From the NCBI GenBank assembly GCA_965204375.1, contig OZ241986.1, positions 1,344,001 through 1,408,000 of the forward strand: a DNA stretch of 64,000 nucleotides, given 5' to 3'. This DNA comes from Candidatus Latescibacterota bacterium (GTDB lineage Bacteria > Latescibacterota > UBA2968). Positions 20,555 through 30,099 of this stretch are shown piece by piece; position 1 is the first letter of the stretch; every line of letters begins with the position of its first letter. Under the pieces are notes generated by a model. The model had not been told where the DNA came from. It worked only from the letters and a program-made list of their open reading frames with translations, and did no database searches. Both the position numbers and the translations under genes were made by a program.

Positions 20555-21835
20555 ATGATGCTCAAAGAGAAAACAAATTCCGTTCCGGCATTGACGGACG
20601 AGACATTTGAGGCGTTGTTCGAAGCCTGCCGTCCCCAAAGGGAACGGTGGACAGATATCCCCTGGATCGGGGAACTCTGGGAGGGGCGGCAGAAGGCGGC
20701 GCGCGAGGAGAAACCACTGTTTATCTGGGCGATGAACGGCCATCCCCTGGGGTGTACGTGAAATAACGGGGTTACGGGCCGTGCGCTCGTTTTTTCAGAT
20801 CCGTGCGTGATCGAATTTTTGAACGAACGGTTTATCCCGGTGGCTGTGAACAATACCCGATTGCAGCGGCAAGCCGATGATGAGGGCCAGTTTTTGCGTT
20901 TGATCTCTTGGCAGGGAAGGTACGGGTATTCTTTTGACGAAGCGCAGGCCAGATTGGAGGATATCGATCACGGGCTGAACCATCAGGGTTTATATGTGGT
21001 GACGACAGAGGGAGAGGTGTTGGGCAGCCGCAACAGGCTGTTTCCGGGTGGCAAGCTCCCTGTACATGGTGTGGGTAGCGATCCAGACCAGTTCTTGTGG
21101 ATGTTGAGACGGGCGCTGGCGAATTGGGAGAATCGCAAGACCCAGCGCGAGGCATTGAAAATCGAAGATCTGACATATCGAGATCCCACATTTAGCTGGA
21201 CGGAGTATCCGGAAGACGGATTGGTTTTACACCTGGGCGTTCGGGACCTGCCCCGGCAGGTGGATACGCGGCCTTCGGGAATGAAGCGAGAGGCACATAA
21301 TCAGGATTACGTCTGGTTTCGACGGGAAGAGGTGCTGGCTATGGTTCCCCTCGATGCGGATGTGGGCGATGTCGTTTCCTTGTCCGAGGGGCTGGTCAGA
21401 CGGCTGGTGCGTTATCACCTGGCGGATTATGTCCGGGGGGAAACGTCTTCGTGGTCGTCTGAGGCGATCCGAGATGCGGCTATGGTATTGACGGTGACTG
21501 AGGAGACACCGGAATGGGTGAATCTGAGGCTTTCCGGGTCCGCGCAGTTGTTCGAGGAGGGGAGTTGGTACGAGGGCGCGTGTCGGGAGCGAGGGCTGGA
21601 TGCATCACTGTTGGGGTATCTGCGTTTTGATCGGCGAGTGGAACGGTTTGCGAGGTTCGATGTTGTGGCGGTGGGATCGCGGTGGGGCGGTACTGAGTAC
21701 AATGTACGACAGGACGATTTGGAGCCTGCGCCAATCGGGATTGCGATGACGATTGCCGGGCAAGAGGCGAGAGATCGCACAGCTCCGCATGCGTGCCAGA
21801 GTCGAGGTGGTCTGGAAAGGTATTTTAATGCGTGA
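20555..21835 (+). CDS. Probable selenoprotein with N-terminal thioredoxin-like fold (C-T-U), about 426 aa, Sec at TGA 20759-20761
   Basis: GGAGGTG RBS before ATG 20555/20558. ORFs 20486-20761 and 20807-21835 share a frame, separated by a single TGA. Read-through gives KPLFIWAMNGHPLGCT-U-NNGVTGRALVFSDPCVIEFLNERFIPVAV, a continuous thioredoxin-like sequence. No RBS before GTG 20807. Confidence 0.8.
20765..20791 (+). promoter_or_regulatory. Candidate bacterial SECIS hairpin
   Basis: Directly after the TGA: AACGGG(20765-70) pairs with CTCGTT(20786-91); the inner TACG/CGTG stem closes a G-rich apical loop about 15 nt after the UGA. Confidence 0.55.
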
Positions 21836-21850
21836 TTTGATAGTTGGGAT

Positions 21851-22804
21851 ATGTTTTGTCGCATTTTTGGAGAGACGATGATACGGTGCGAGCGCAGAGC
21901 GGAACTCGAGATCGAAACACCGCATCTTTGTGCGGCGGTGCGGACCGAAGGTTATGTGAGTGGGATCAAGAGCAGATCGTTTGTAGATAAACGGACGGGC
22001 GCGACCGATCTGGGTTCGGGCCTGCACATTATGGACTTTTTGCTCGTGCCGGGGTGGGGAGATGCAGAACAAAATCGGATCTACGACGGGAATCTGCCCA
22101 AGCGCGTCGTGGAAGGTCCCCAGATCTGTACGCGGGCACGGCAGTTGGACTATGAGATTATCCAGGGTGAGGCGTTTCTGGCTGTGCGGCAGTGGTTTAC
22201 GTTTACAAGCGTGGTTGAAGGTTTCCAGGCCGGGTCGCGGTGGGAGCAGACGTTGCTATTTCTTCCGGATACGCGGTACGTGCTTTCGTGTGAGCGGATT
22301 TCTTGCGTCAATAGTGCAGATTGTTTGTTCTACCGGATCGACATGCCCGGCCACTTGCACCACAAGGATGGAGATTCTTTTACGCGGATTTATCTGAGCT
22401 ACCACGGGTATATAGAGCCTTCAGAGTTCATGACGGATTTCCCCCTGGACGAAGGATTCCTCTATCAGCGAAAAGAGGACGATATTCCCGATCGGATCAT
22501 CCGGGCATACGAACAACGGAAATCGGATGGCACATCCGTGTGGCTGGCGGGTATGACGCTGGATCCGGCGGATGTGTACGAGGCATGGTGCCATCAGCGG
22601 GGTTATGTCTGCTTTATCCAGGAACTGCACGGTCGGAAGGTAGCAGCAGGGGACGCGATCGGGGCCGCATACGTGGTGGGATATTTCGATTCGGTGGATG
22701 AGATGAATGCGGTTTACGACCAGTATCGGGGAGTGCGCTCAATTGCGGTAGATGATAACGGATACACTTTGCTGGACGAGGTGGAGAAAGCCGATGGGAT
22801 TTAG
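21851..22804 (+). CDS. Hypothetical protein (start may be 21878)
   Basis: 317-codon ORF in operon position after the selenoprotein; GGAGA precedes ATG 21878; protein-like composition. Confidence 0.7.
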   Translation: MFCRIFGETMIRCERRAELEIETPHLCAAVRTEGYVSGIKSRSFVDKRTGATDLGSGLHIMDFLLVPGWGDAEQNRIYDGNLPKRVVEGPQICTRARQLDYEIIQGEAFLAVRQWFTFTSVVEGFQAGSRWEQTLLFLPDTRYVLSCERISCVNSADCLFYRIDMPGHLHHKDGDSFTRIYLSYHGYIEPSEFMTDFPLDEGFLYQRKEDDIPDRIIRAYEQRKSDGTSVWLAGMTLDPADVYEAWCHQRGYVCFIQELHGRKVAAGDAIGAAYVVGYFDSVDEMNAVYDQYRGVRSIAVDDNGYTLLDEVEKADGI

Positions 22805-22815
22805 TGCCCATCGGC

Positions 22816-22911
22816 TCAACCGCCCACAATAAACTCCCCACCTATATCCGCAGCAATCTGCGTCCAGATTTCGTCCCTGGAAGGGCCGAAAACAGATCTG
22901 AGAATACCCAT
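22816..22911 (-). pseudogene. 31-codon N-terminal gene remnant (MGILRSVFGPSRDEIWTQIAADIGGEFIVGG), resembling the start of DUF3137-like proteins
   Basis: GGAGG RBS 5' of ATG 22911; the ORF stops abruptly next to the end of the convergent gene. Family assignment is from recall only. Confidence 0.45.
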
Positions 22912-22970
22912 CTTTCCTCCGTAGTTGTAATGCTTGATAATCCTGATAAATAGCCAACCGATTCTGCGAT

Positions 22971-23780
22971 TTACTTCAATTGTTCCTCTATCCAATCCAT
23001 CCACTTTACAAGCTGTGAAAGGTATCTTGATACCCTTTTGTTTGATGATGGTGTCAGGTGAATATACAATTCCTGGGTTTCATTGAGAAAGTCGGTCCAC
23101 TGTGGATATGACGCCTTTAGCACCGGTATTGTGTCAATGCCTTTAGGCGAACAAAAGCGTCCTTGTACCATCAAGAGGCAAGCCCCGCCTAATACGCCAA
23201 GCCGCGCTAACTTGCGGAGTTTTTGTCGTGTATCTTCAGGTAGAGAAAAGTCAGTTGTATTTTCCTTTTTTAATCCCGCTGCATATCGAATGAGATCCAA
23301 AACTGGCTGAAAATATTCTCGCACCCAAGATGGGGTGAGAGTCGGCAATTCGAACTCTCCTGTAAGATCACGTCCCCAAACAAGTGTGGCATCATAATGT
23401 AAACGAAATCCAAATGCTTGATGCCGTGACCGCAGGTCTTTATTCGCCCCCGGTTGTCCGCCCTGCAAGACATCATCGATTGAACGTGGTGGGGAAAGTC
23501 CATGCGCACGAGGAAACTCGCGATCAAGTCTTTCCTGCGTTTCTCTACACCATTGGTGGTCAGTCTTTCGTAATGGACCCCTGATGAAGGGGTGCAAGTC
23601 AAGATCGGAAACGCCCTGAATAGCTTCATTTCTGTGAACACTGCCCCATACGTAGATTGAAATTAGTCTCGCTGCAAAGTGCGCGTGGTACTCCAAAATA
23701 TGGCGCTGAATAAGTTGAACGAAATATTGATCGTCAAATAGATTCAGATTTTTGTATTTCTCGGAAGTATTCAGTTTCAT
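22971..23780 (-). CDS. Nucleotidyltransferase-domain protein
   Basis: SIYVWGSVHRNEAIQGVSDLDL matches the Pol-beta-like GS...DxD motif. Confidence 0.75.
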   Translation of the reverse strand: MKLNTSEKYKNLNLFDDQYFVQLIQRHILEYHAHFAARLISIYVWGSVHRNEAIQGVSDLDLHPFIRGPLRKTDHQWCRETQERLDREFPRAHGLSPPRSIDDVLQGGQPGANKDLRSRHQAFGFRLHYDATLVWGRDLTGEFELPTLTPSWVREYFQPVLDLIRYAAGLKKENTTDFSLPEDTRQKLRKLARLGVLGGACLLMVQGRFCSPKGIDTIPVLKASYPQWTDFLNETQELYIHLTPSSNKRVSRYLSQLVKWMDWIEEQLK

Positions 23781-23825
23781 GACGTGGCTGCCTTGAGGTC
23801 CAATAAAAGATAGAGTGGGTGAAAC

Positions 23826-23866
23826 AATTTAGATTACAAATATATGCAAATCAAGTTTTCAATAGG
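23826..23866 (-). promoter_or_regulatory. 41-bp repeat copy 2 (sigma70-like promoter) facing the nucleotidyltransferase gene
   Basis: Identical to 20428-20468; -35 at 23849-23854, -10 at 23826-23831 (minus strand). Confidence 0.75.
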
Positions 23867-23950
23867 GATGAGGGAACGCCTGATCAGAGATACATGTCTA
23901 ATAATTCAGGACCGCGGATAGACAAAAAATGACCAGTAGGAGGTTATCCC

Positions 23951-25180
23951 ATGAGGATTGTCGGGCTTGTGATTATCGCGTGCTTGTTGTGCGCTTTGAA
24001 AGCGAATGCCTACAGTGCGGATTTGGATCCAGATACCTTATCCGTAGAGGCTGGCTATGGTCGAATAGTGCTTCCGGGGACACAGGTTCAACTCAACGCC
24101 ACGCTTACCAATGGTCCGAGTGCCCGTGTTGTGTGGCGACAAGTGCAGGGGACGGCGGCGACGATCAGTTCAGCCAACGCGCTCCAGGCGACTGTTAGCG
24201 TTCCTGCCAATGTCAGTAGCGCGGAGACATTGTTATTTGAAGTGCGTGCCGAGATGGAATCTGGTCAACAAGCATCGGATACGGTTTGGATCGAGGTGTA
24301 TGTACCTGACCAGAATCCCGCCGACCTGACGCTTATGGCAGATTTTTCGCCGAAAGTTGGTTGGGAGTGCAACCAGGATCCAGTAGAGGTGCCAGAGGTT
24401 CAGACCCGCGTTCTGGAAAACACCATCGAATACACGACCAATGGCATTCCCGCCCATGCGACGGGAATGTTTCCCAATCGAGGAAATCCGAACATGATTT
24501 GGTCGGTACCTCAAACCTGGCACATTCCCCGCAATCCCGAAAAGACGGATACACCTACCGAAATGGCTGTATTTGGCATCACGCTCGAGGGCATCAAACT
24601 CGAACGCGACACTGCTGAGAGTTATCGCAACCAGCGGCAGTGGAATTACGAGGCGCTGACCCCGGGTATGGCGCGCCGGTTGAGCGGCAATGCGCGGTTT
24701 GAATGGCTGGGTACAGATTGCAATAACGCGCACGTTCAGCCGACGGGTATTTATCACTATCACGGCGTGCCGCACAGCTTGATAAATGAACTCACGAGTG
24801 GGATGGAGAGCGAGGAAATGGTATTGGTCGGGTATGCTGCCGACGGTTTTCCAGTCTATGTCGTCAGTGGACCCAATGCTCCTGAGGGGAGTTGGGAATT
24901 GCGCCAGGGTACGCGAGAAAGCGGACCCGGGGGAGAGTACGACGGCACGTTTCGGGAAGATTGGCAATTTGTCGAGGGTTCGGGCGATCTCGACCTATGC
25001 AATGGGCGGTTTGGGATTACGCCCGAGTTTCCGGAAGGGATATACCATTACTATCTTACCGATGACTACCCGTACATGCCCCGCTGTGTATGGGGGACGC
25101 CAGATCCTTCGTTCAGGCAACGTCGGGCTGGTGGCCCAGGCGGTCCAGGTTTTAGAAGGCGTCCACCACGTCGTTACTGA
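23951..25180 (+). CDS. Secreted YHYH-domain protein with N-terminal PKD/Ig-like domain
   Basis: AGGAGG RBS, signal peptide, WRQVQG Ig-like strand, DCNNAHVQPTGIYHYHG, GYAADGFPVY, DLDLCNGRFG, YHYY. Confidence 0.88.
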   Translation: MRIVGLVIIACLLCALKANAYSADLDPDTLSVEAGYGRIVLPGTQVQLNATLTNGPSARVVWRQVQGTAATISSANALQATVSVPANVSSAETLLFEVRAEMESGQQASDTVWIEVYVPDQNPADLTLMADFSPKVGWECNQDPVEVPEVQTRVLENTIEYTTNGIPAHATGMFPNRGNPNMIWSVPQTWHIPRNPEKTDTPTEMAVFGITLEGIKLERDTAESYRNQRQWNYEALTPGMARRLSGNARFEWLGTDCNNAHVQPTGIYHYHGVPHSLINELTSGMESEEMVLVGYAADGFPVYVVSGPNAPEGSWELRQGTRESGPGGEYDGTFREDWQFVEGSGDLDLCNGRFGITPEFPEGIYHYYLTDDYPYMPRCVWGTPDPSFRQRRAGGPGGPGFRRRPPRRY

Positions 25181-25253
25181 TCTGGTATTCATAGATTGAA
25201 CAATATTCGCATATAACTTGAGCGGGTATATCCGTGCGGAGGAGACAGACATC

Positions 25254-26411
25254 ATGTTCTCAAAATTATTGAAATCAAAATGGGCTTTGGGTGCGGTCCT
25301 CGCTTTATTCTGTATTTTTAGCCCAATCACTTTGAAAGCATCACTACCCGATTTTGATGGCGATGGCAAAGTCGATTTTGCCGATTTTATACTTTTTGTA
25401 GCTGTATTTGGGCAATCGGCAGTTGGGCAAAATGCAATTTACGATCTGGACGCAAGTGGAACTGTAGATTTTGGAGATTTTTTAATTTTTGTCAGTGCAT
25501 TTGGGCAACCCACCTCTGATACAGTTCGCGGTGTTAGCACGCAGGGTTTTGCAACGCAAACAATTTCCAATCTGCTCGATTGTCCCGGGGGGCGTATAAG
25601 TCGTGTGGGGACAATTACATCTGACGATGGCAATGTGTGGATTATGCCTGCCGAGACGCAATACACAACCGCAAGACATGCATCGGATATGTATAACCAA
25701 TGCACAGGTGTTTTCACTTCTAATAGCAATGCTCTCAATTTGTCGGCTGTGCCAGTCGTAGAGATTGATCAAGATGGTGAGACGATTACGGGATATATCT
25801 TTGCCGACAATTACTTTGAATTGTATGTCAACGGTACCTTGATCGCTGTTGATGCAGTTCCTTTCACACCGTTTAATTCGAGCATGGTTCGGTTTAAGAT
25901 TAAGCGACCATTTACGATTGCAATGAAGTTGGTCGATTGGGAAGAGAATTTGGGGCTTGGTACAGAAGCCAATCGCAATTTTTTACATCATCCTGGAGAT
26001 GGTGGTCTAGTAGCGAGTTTTCACGATGCCAATAGAAATCCTGTTGCAATTACAAATGGCCAATGGAAAGCACAGACTTTCTATATTGCACCGATTAGAG
26101 ATTTGAGCTGTATTGTCGAGAAGGAAACCGAGCATTTGTCCGGTGACTGTGACACGCGTGATACAAATGATGGTAGTCAATTTTACGCAATGCACTATCC
26201 CGTCCCATCTAACTGGTACGATAGCGACTTTGATGATTCGACCTGGCCACAGGCATATACTTATACAAATGCGACAGTTGGTGTGAACAACAAACCCGCA
26301 TATACAAATTTTACAGATCTATTTGATGATCCAGAACACGATGCACAATTTATATGGTCATCAAATCTCATTTTGGACAATGAAGTGATTGTGCGATATA
26401 CCGTGAAGTAG
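25254..26411 (+). CDS. Secreted protein with paired EF-hand/dockerin-like repeats and a lectin-like domain
   Basis: GGAGGAG RBS; DFDGDGKVDFADF and DLDASGTVDFGDF; ADNYFELYVNG and FDDSTWPQA segments; lower GC than neighbours. Confidence 0.7.
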   Translation: MFSKLLKSKWALGAVLALFCIFSPITLKASLPDFDGDGKVDFADFILFVAVFGQSAVGQNAIYDLDASGTVDFGDFLIFVSAFGQPTSDTVRGVSTQGFATQTISNLLDCPGGRISRVGTITSDDGNVWIMPAETQYTTARHASDMYNQCTGVFTSNSNALNLSAVPVVEIDQDGETITGYIFADNYFELYVNGTLIAVDAVPFTPFNSSMVRFKIKRPFTIAMKLVDWEENLGLGTEANRNFLHHPGDGGLVASFHDANRNPVAITNGQWKAQTFYIAPIRDLSCIVEKETEHLSGDCDTRDTNDGSQFYAMHYPVPSNWYDSDFDDSTWPQAYTYTNATVGVNNKPAYTNFTDLFDDPEHDAQFIWSSNLILDNEVIVRYTVK

Positions 26412-26496
26412 TGTTCTGCTATGGAGGAATTGGACCAATGAAGCGCAGAGAGTTTCTCGGTGTAGTTGGGCCTGGTGTATGTGGGATGCTTTAGAT

Positions 26497-28113
26497 TCAT
26501 GAATCACTTCCTGCGGACCATGTATTGCCACCTGCCCGGACGGTTCCTTCTGCTTTTAGAAACTCCGCGCAGTGGATCCCGCCGCCCAGACTGTTGACAG
26601 ATGTGATTTCGTGGCCCATTTCGATTAATCCGTTCACGATATCATCGGGCAGGGCACGGGTCACACTTACCGGCTCGTGGGTTTGTACATGCATTCTCGG
26701 TCCGCTGACCGTCTCGAAGGCTGTTGCGTTGTAATCGACGATTTTTTGTGCCGCACGAGCGTTCACAGAGATGATGCGCCTGCCGCCTGGCATTCCGATT
26801 GCGACATCCCGGTCTGGAAGCTGAATGATGAGCGGAACGGTGTTGTTCAGCGGTCGCTTGAGCGAAGCCACGGAATTTTTGCGACCGGGGCTGGGATCTA
26901 ATCTGCACATTCCATGGCCCAGAATGATGCCTGTATCCGGCACCGTGACAAGGGAACCGAAACCACCGCCTTGAGAAATTGTTACGGCCGCTACATTTCC
27001 TTCGGCATCTGCGGAAGAAACGTGGAGCGTGCCATCATTTGAATCACCCATTGGGGGTGGCACAAGCTGATCTACTGCATTGGGAAACTGGCGCAGTGTT
27101 TCCACTCGGCCAGCTGCATAATCTTTGCTCAGCAGTCGCTCGATCGGTACATCCACATGGTTTGGATCTGCGAGATGGAGAAGGCGATCTCGCCAGACCA
27201 GCTTGAGAAGCTCGGCGAATTGGTGCCAGTACTCGACCGTGTCTTCCGGCAGGGGATCGAAGCACTCCCACATGTTGAGCAGTTGCAAGCTGGACAATCC
27301 GCCGTTGGGCAAAATTGCACCATGCACGGATGCCTCGCGGTAGGTCGTGGTATATGGTTCGGTCACGCGAGGTTTGAAGGCAGCCATATCTTCCATTGTC
27401 AAAATACCTCCAGTGGCCTGAATGTGATCCACTATTTTGTGGCCGATTTCCCCCGTGTAGAAATCCCGCCATCCAGCTTCTGAAACTCTTGCAAGGGTTT
27501 TTTCCATATCGCGGCGGTGCCAGATGTCATCTGCTGTCGGGATGCGTCCTTCGGGCATCAGGTGTTTTTCTGTTGCTTCAAATTTGCGGATCACGTTCTG
27601 GAGATTTTTGATCGCCCCTGCAGTAGAACCAAAGGGGAAGCCATCTTCGAGTAGCTTCAGCGATGGTGCTACCACATCGGACCATTTGAGTTTTCCCCAC
27701 TTTTCCCAAATGGTGCCCATGCCTGCCATCATGCCCGGGGGACCAATGGCGAGAGGTCCATGGACGTTGGCATTGTCCTTTACGCTGCAGTTGTATTCCT
27801 TTTCATTGATGCCTCCGCGGGTACGCGTTGGCAGGATGGTGTACATGTGTTCGTGAGCCGCTTTGGGCGAAATTGAATTGGCGTCTATTGACCAGACTTT
27901 GCCTGTGGCGCCTTCCAGAATCACGGCACACAGTACATAACCACCCACACCCGTAGATTGTGGCTGTAACATGCAGCATGCCATACTGGTCGCCACTGCT
28001 GCATCAAAGGCGTTGCCGCCCTGTTCGAGTATTCTCGCACCGACTCGTGCCGCCTCTGGAGGTCCGGCTGCCACTGCTCCTGTTGTGCTGGTAACTTCTT
28101 GTCCCTCAGTCAT
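26497..28113 (-). CDS. ggt: Gamma-glutamyltransferase family protein
   Basis: GGNAFDAAVA, QSTGVGG, TLHVSSADAEGN (Thr nucleophile), GGGFGS, GMPGG. Confidence 0.88.
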   Translation of the reverse strand: MTEGQEVTSTTGAVAAGPPEAARVGARILEQGGNAFDAAVATSMACCMLQPQSTGVGGYVLCAVILEGATGKVWSIDANSISPKAAHEHMYTILPTRTRGGINEKEYNCSVKDNANVHGPLAIGPPGMMAGMGTIWEKWGKLKWSDVVAPSLKLLEDGFPFGSTAGAIKNLQNVIRKFEATEKHLMPEGRIPTADDIWHRRDMEKTLARVSEAGWRDFYTGEIGHKIVDHIQATGGILTMEDMAAFKPRVTEPYTTTYREASVHGAILPNGGLSSLQLLNMWECFDPLPEDTVEYWHQFAELLKLVWRDRLLHLADPNHVDVPIERLLSKDYAAGRVETLRQFPNAVDQLVPPPMGDSNDGTLHVSSADAEGNVAAVTISQGGGFGSLVTVPDTGIILGHGMCRLDPSPGRKNSVASLKRPLNNTVPLIIQLPDRDVAIGMPGGRRIISVNARAAQKIVDYNATAFETVSGPRMHVQTHEPVSVTRALPDDIVNGLIEMGHEITSVNSLGGGIHCAEFLKAEGTVRAGGNTWSAGSDS

Positions 28114-28130
28114 ATTCAATTTTCCCTGTA

Positions 28131-28892
28131 TTATTTCGCTGCATATTGATTTGCGCCAACATTGCTTGGCGTCCGTTGATTGGCGCACATAAGGTGGCAT
28201 ACTAAGTCAGAAGGGTTTTCTAACTCTGCCAGTTGGCCGCGCATATCTTCTTGTGGGATGAACCAGGGGCGCATATACATGCCGAGGAGAACAGATCGAA
28301 TTTCATCGGTTTGGTTTGGGCGAGCTGTATGCCAGCAGGCACCGTGCATGACAATGGCGCTTCCGCGTTTGCCTGTGAGGATTTTACCGCCGTCAATCCA
28401 TTGGCTTTTTAGTTCGGGCGGTGGCGGTTCGCCTTTGAGGTGGCTTTGGGGCAGCATGGCGGTTGCGCCGTTTTCTTCGGTGAGATCGTTCAGGAGCCAG
28501 ATGGTTTGACCTGCGAGACGGCCGGGTGGCCAGGGCGGTTGCACAGACCAATAAGGGTAGTCTGAATGCCAGCCAAAACTGTCTGCGCCCGGATAAACTG
28601 TATTGCCAGACCAGGTGGAGCAGACCATGTCGTCACCGAGGTATTTGCGCCACAGGGTTACGATGGTCGGGTGGGACATGAGTTCGAGAAAGATGGGGTG
28701 CTTGACGGCGATGCGCCCTACGCGCTGCGTTTTGGCTGCAAGCGATTGCTCGGTGGCTTCGTCTTTGAGGAGTTGCTCAAGAATACCTCGTGCTTCATCG
28801 GCTTTTTTTTCTGGGATGACTGAGGGAATGATGTGGAAACCCACTTCATCAAGATCGGTCATGATTTTTTTATAGTCGAGATTTGTTGGCAT
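28131..28892 (-). CDS. Phytanoyl-CoA dioxygenase (PhyH) family Fe(II)/2OG dioxygenase
   Basis: WHSD...ENGAT..LPQSH...WHT facial triad. Confidence 0.88.
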   Translation of the reverse strand: MPTNLDYKKIMTDLDEVGFHIIPSVIPEKKADEARGILEQLLKDEATEQSLAAKTQRVGRIAVKHPIFLELMSHPTIVTLWRKYLGDDMVCSTWSGNTVYPGADSFGWHSDYPYWSVQPPWPPGRLAGQTIWLLNDLTEENGATAMLPQSHLKGEPPPPELKSQWIDGGKILTGKRGSAIVMHGACWHTARPNQTDEIRSVLLGMYMRPWFIPQEDMRGQLAELENPSDLVCHLMCANQRTPSNVGANQYAAK

Positions 28893-28905
28893 TTTTGCTC
28901 CTGTT

Positions 28906-30072
28906 TTATTTCACTGCGTACTGCGTCAATTTTTCTTCGTCGATTTCAATGCCCAGTCCCGGGCGGTCGGGTAGTTCGAGATAGCTGCCGTTTCGGGTGA
29001 GGGCGTGTTTGAGGATCTGGTCGCTTTTTAGCTGGAAGCTCTGGTCGAAGTGTTCCATGATGACGAAGTTGAGAATGCCTGCCGAGAGCTGAAGTTGCGC
29101 GGCGGTAGAAAGGACATTGCCCGCGCCGACGGCTGGGGCGAGTGGAATGTCGAAGGTTTCGGCGAGGTGGGCGATGCGCTGGCTGCCCGTGATGCCTGTT
29201 CGCGCGAGGTCGGGCAGGAGAATGTCGGCGGCATGTGCTTCCAGAACAGCGCGGAATTGATAGGCGTTGTAATATTCCTGACCGATGCAGATGGGCAGGG
29301 TGAGGTCGCGCGGTACTTCGGCATGGCGGCGGAGGTCTTCACTTGGCACGGGCGATTCGAGCCAGAAGACGTCGAATTTTTCGAGCTCTTTGCCGAGGGC
29401 AATTGCACCGGGTACGTCGTAATGCCAGGTGAGATCGACGAGAATATCGACGTCGGGGCCAACGGCTTCGCGTGTGGCTTCTACGACGGCAACGGCATTT
29501 TTTAGAGGGCGGTTGAGGTGATATTTGACCGCGTCGTATCCCATTTCAACGGCTTTGAGGGCTTGCTCAACACCGATTTCGGGCGTGGGACCATGGATGT
29601 TGTTGTAGATACGCACTTTGTCGCGGTAGGGTCCACCGAGGAGGACGTAGCAGGGTACGTCGAGGGCTTTGCCCGATAGATCCCAGAGGGCGTTGTTGAT
29701 GCCCGCAAGGGCAGCCGCGAGATAACCCGCGCGGTAGCCTCGACCGCGCATGGTGCCGTAGGTCATGTCGTAGAGCTTTTCGCGGGCGAGTGGATTTTCG
29801 CCGATGAGAATGGGGGCAAACAGGCGATCTACCACTGCTTTGGTGGCTTCGGGCACGAGCAAGGATTGGCCTTCACCCCATCCGACAAGGCCATTGTCGG
29901 CGGTGATTTTGACAAAGAGCGCTTCGGCATAACGCGCAGCGGCCATGTCGTCGATGGGAGGCACTGTGTCGTAGGAGAGCGATTTGCGAGGACGCGCATA
30001 ATCGGGAATGTTTTCAGCGATATTGGGACGGGGTAATTTGACGACGTAGGCGTCGATTTGTTCTATTCGCAT
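28906..30072 (-). CDS. Mandelate racemase/muconate lactonizing enzyme family protein
   Basis: VGWGE, ALWDLSGK, ILVD, WLESP, GQE, PDRPGLG. Confidence 0.88.
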   Translation of the reverse strand: MRIEQIDAYVVKLPRPNIAENIPDYARPRKSLSYDTVPPIDDMAAARYAEALFVKITADNGLVGWGEGQSLLVPEATKAVVDRLFAPILIGENPLAREKLYDMTYGTMRGRGYRAGYLAAALAGINNALWDLSGKALDVPCYVLLGGPYRDKVRIYNNIHGPTPEIGVEQALKAVEMGYDAVKYHLNRPLKNAVAVVEATREAVGPDVDILVDLTWHYDVPGAIALGKELEKFDVFWLESPVPSEDLRRHAEVPRDLTLPICIGQEYYNAYQFRAVLEAHAADILLPDLARTGITGSQRIAHLAETFDIPLAPAVGAGNVLSTAAQLQLSAGILNFVIMEHFDQSFQLKSDQILKHALTRNGSYLELPDRPGLGIEIDEEKLTQYAVK

Positions 30073-30099
30073 TTGTGATTCCTTTCTTCCATTTGTCAA

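Noticed and set aside
22971-23780. Nucleotidyltransferase as an MNT-HEPN toxin-antitoxin or CBASS defence component
   Set aside because: No partner HEPN or effector gene is recognisable nearby; only the GS/DxD motif is supported.
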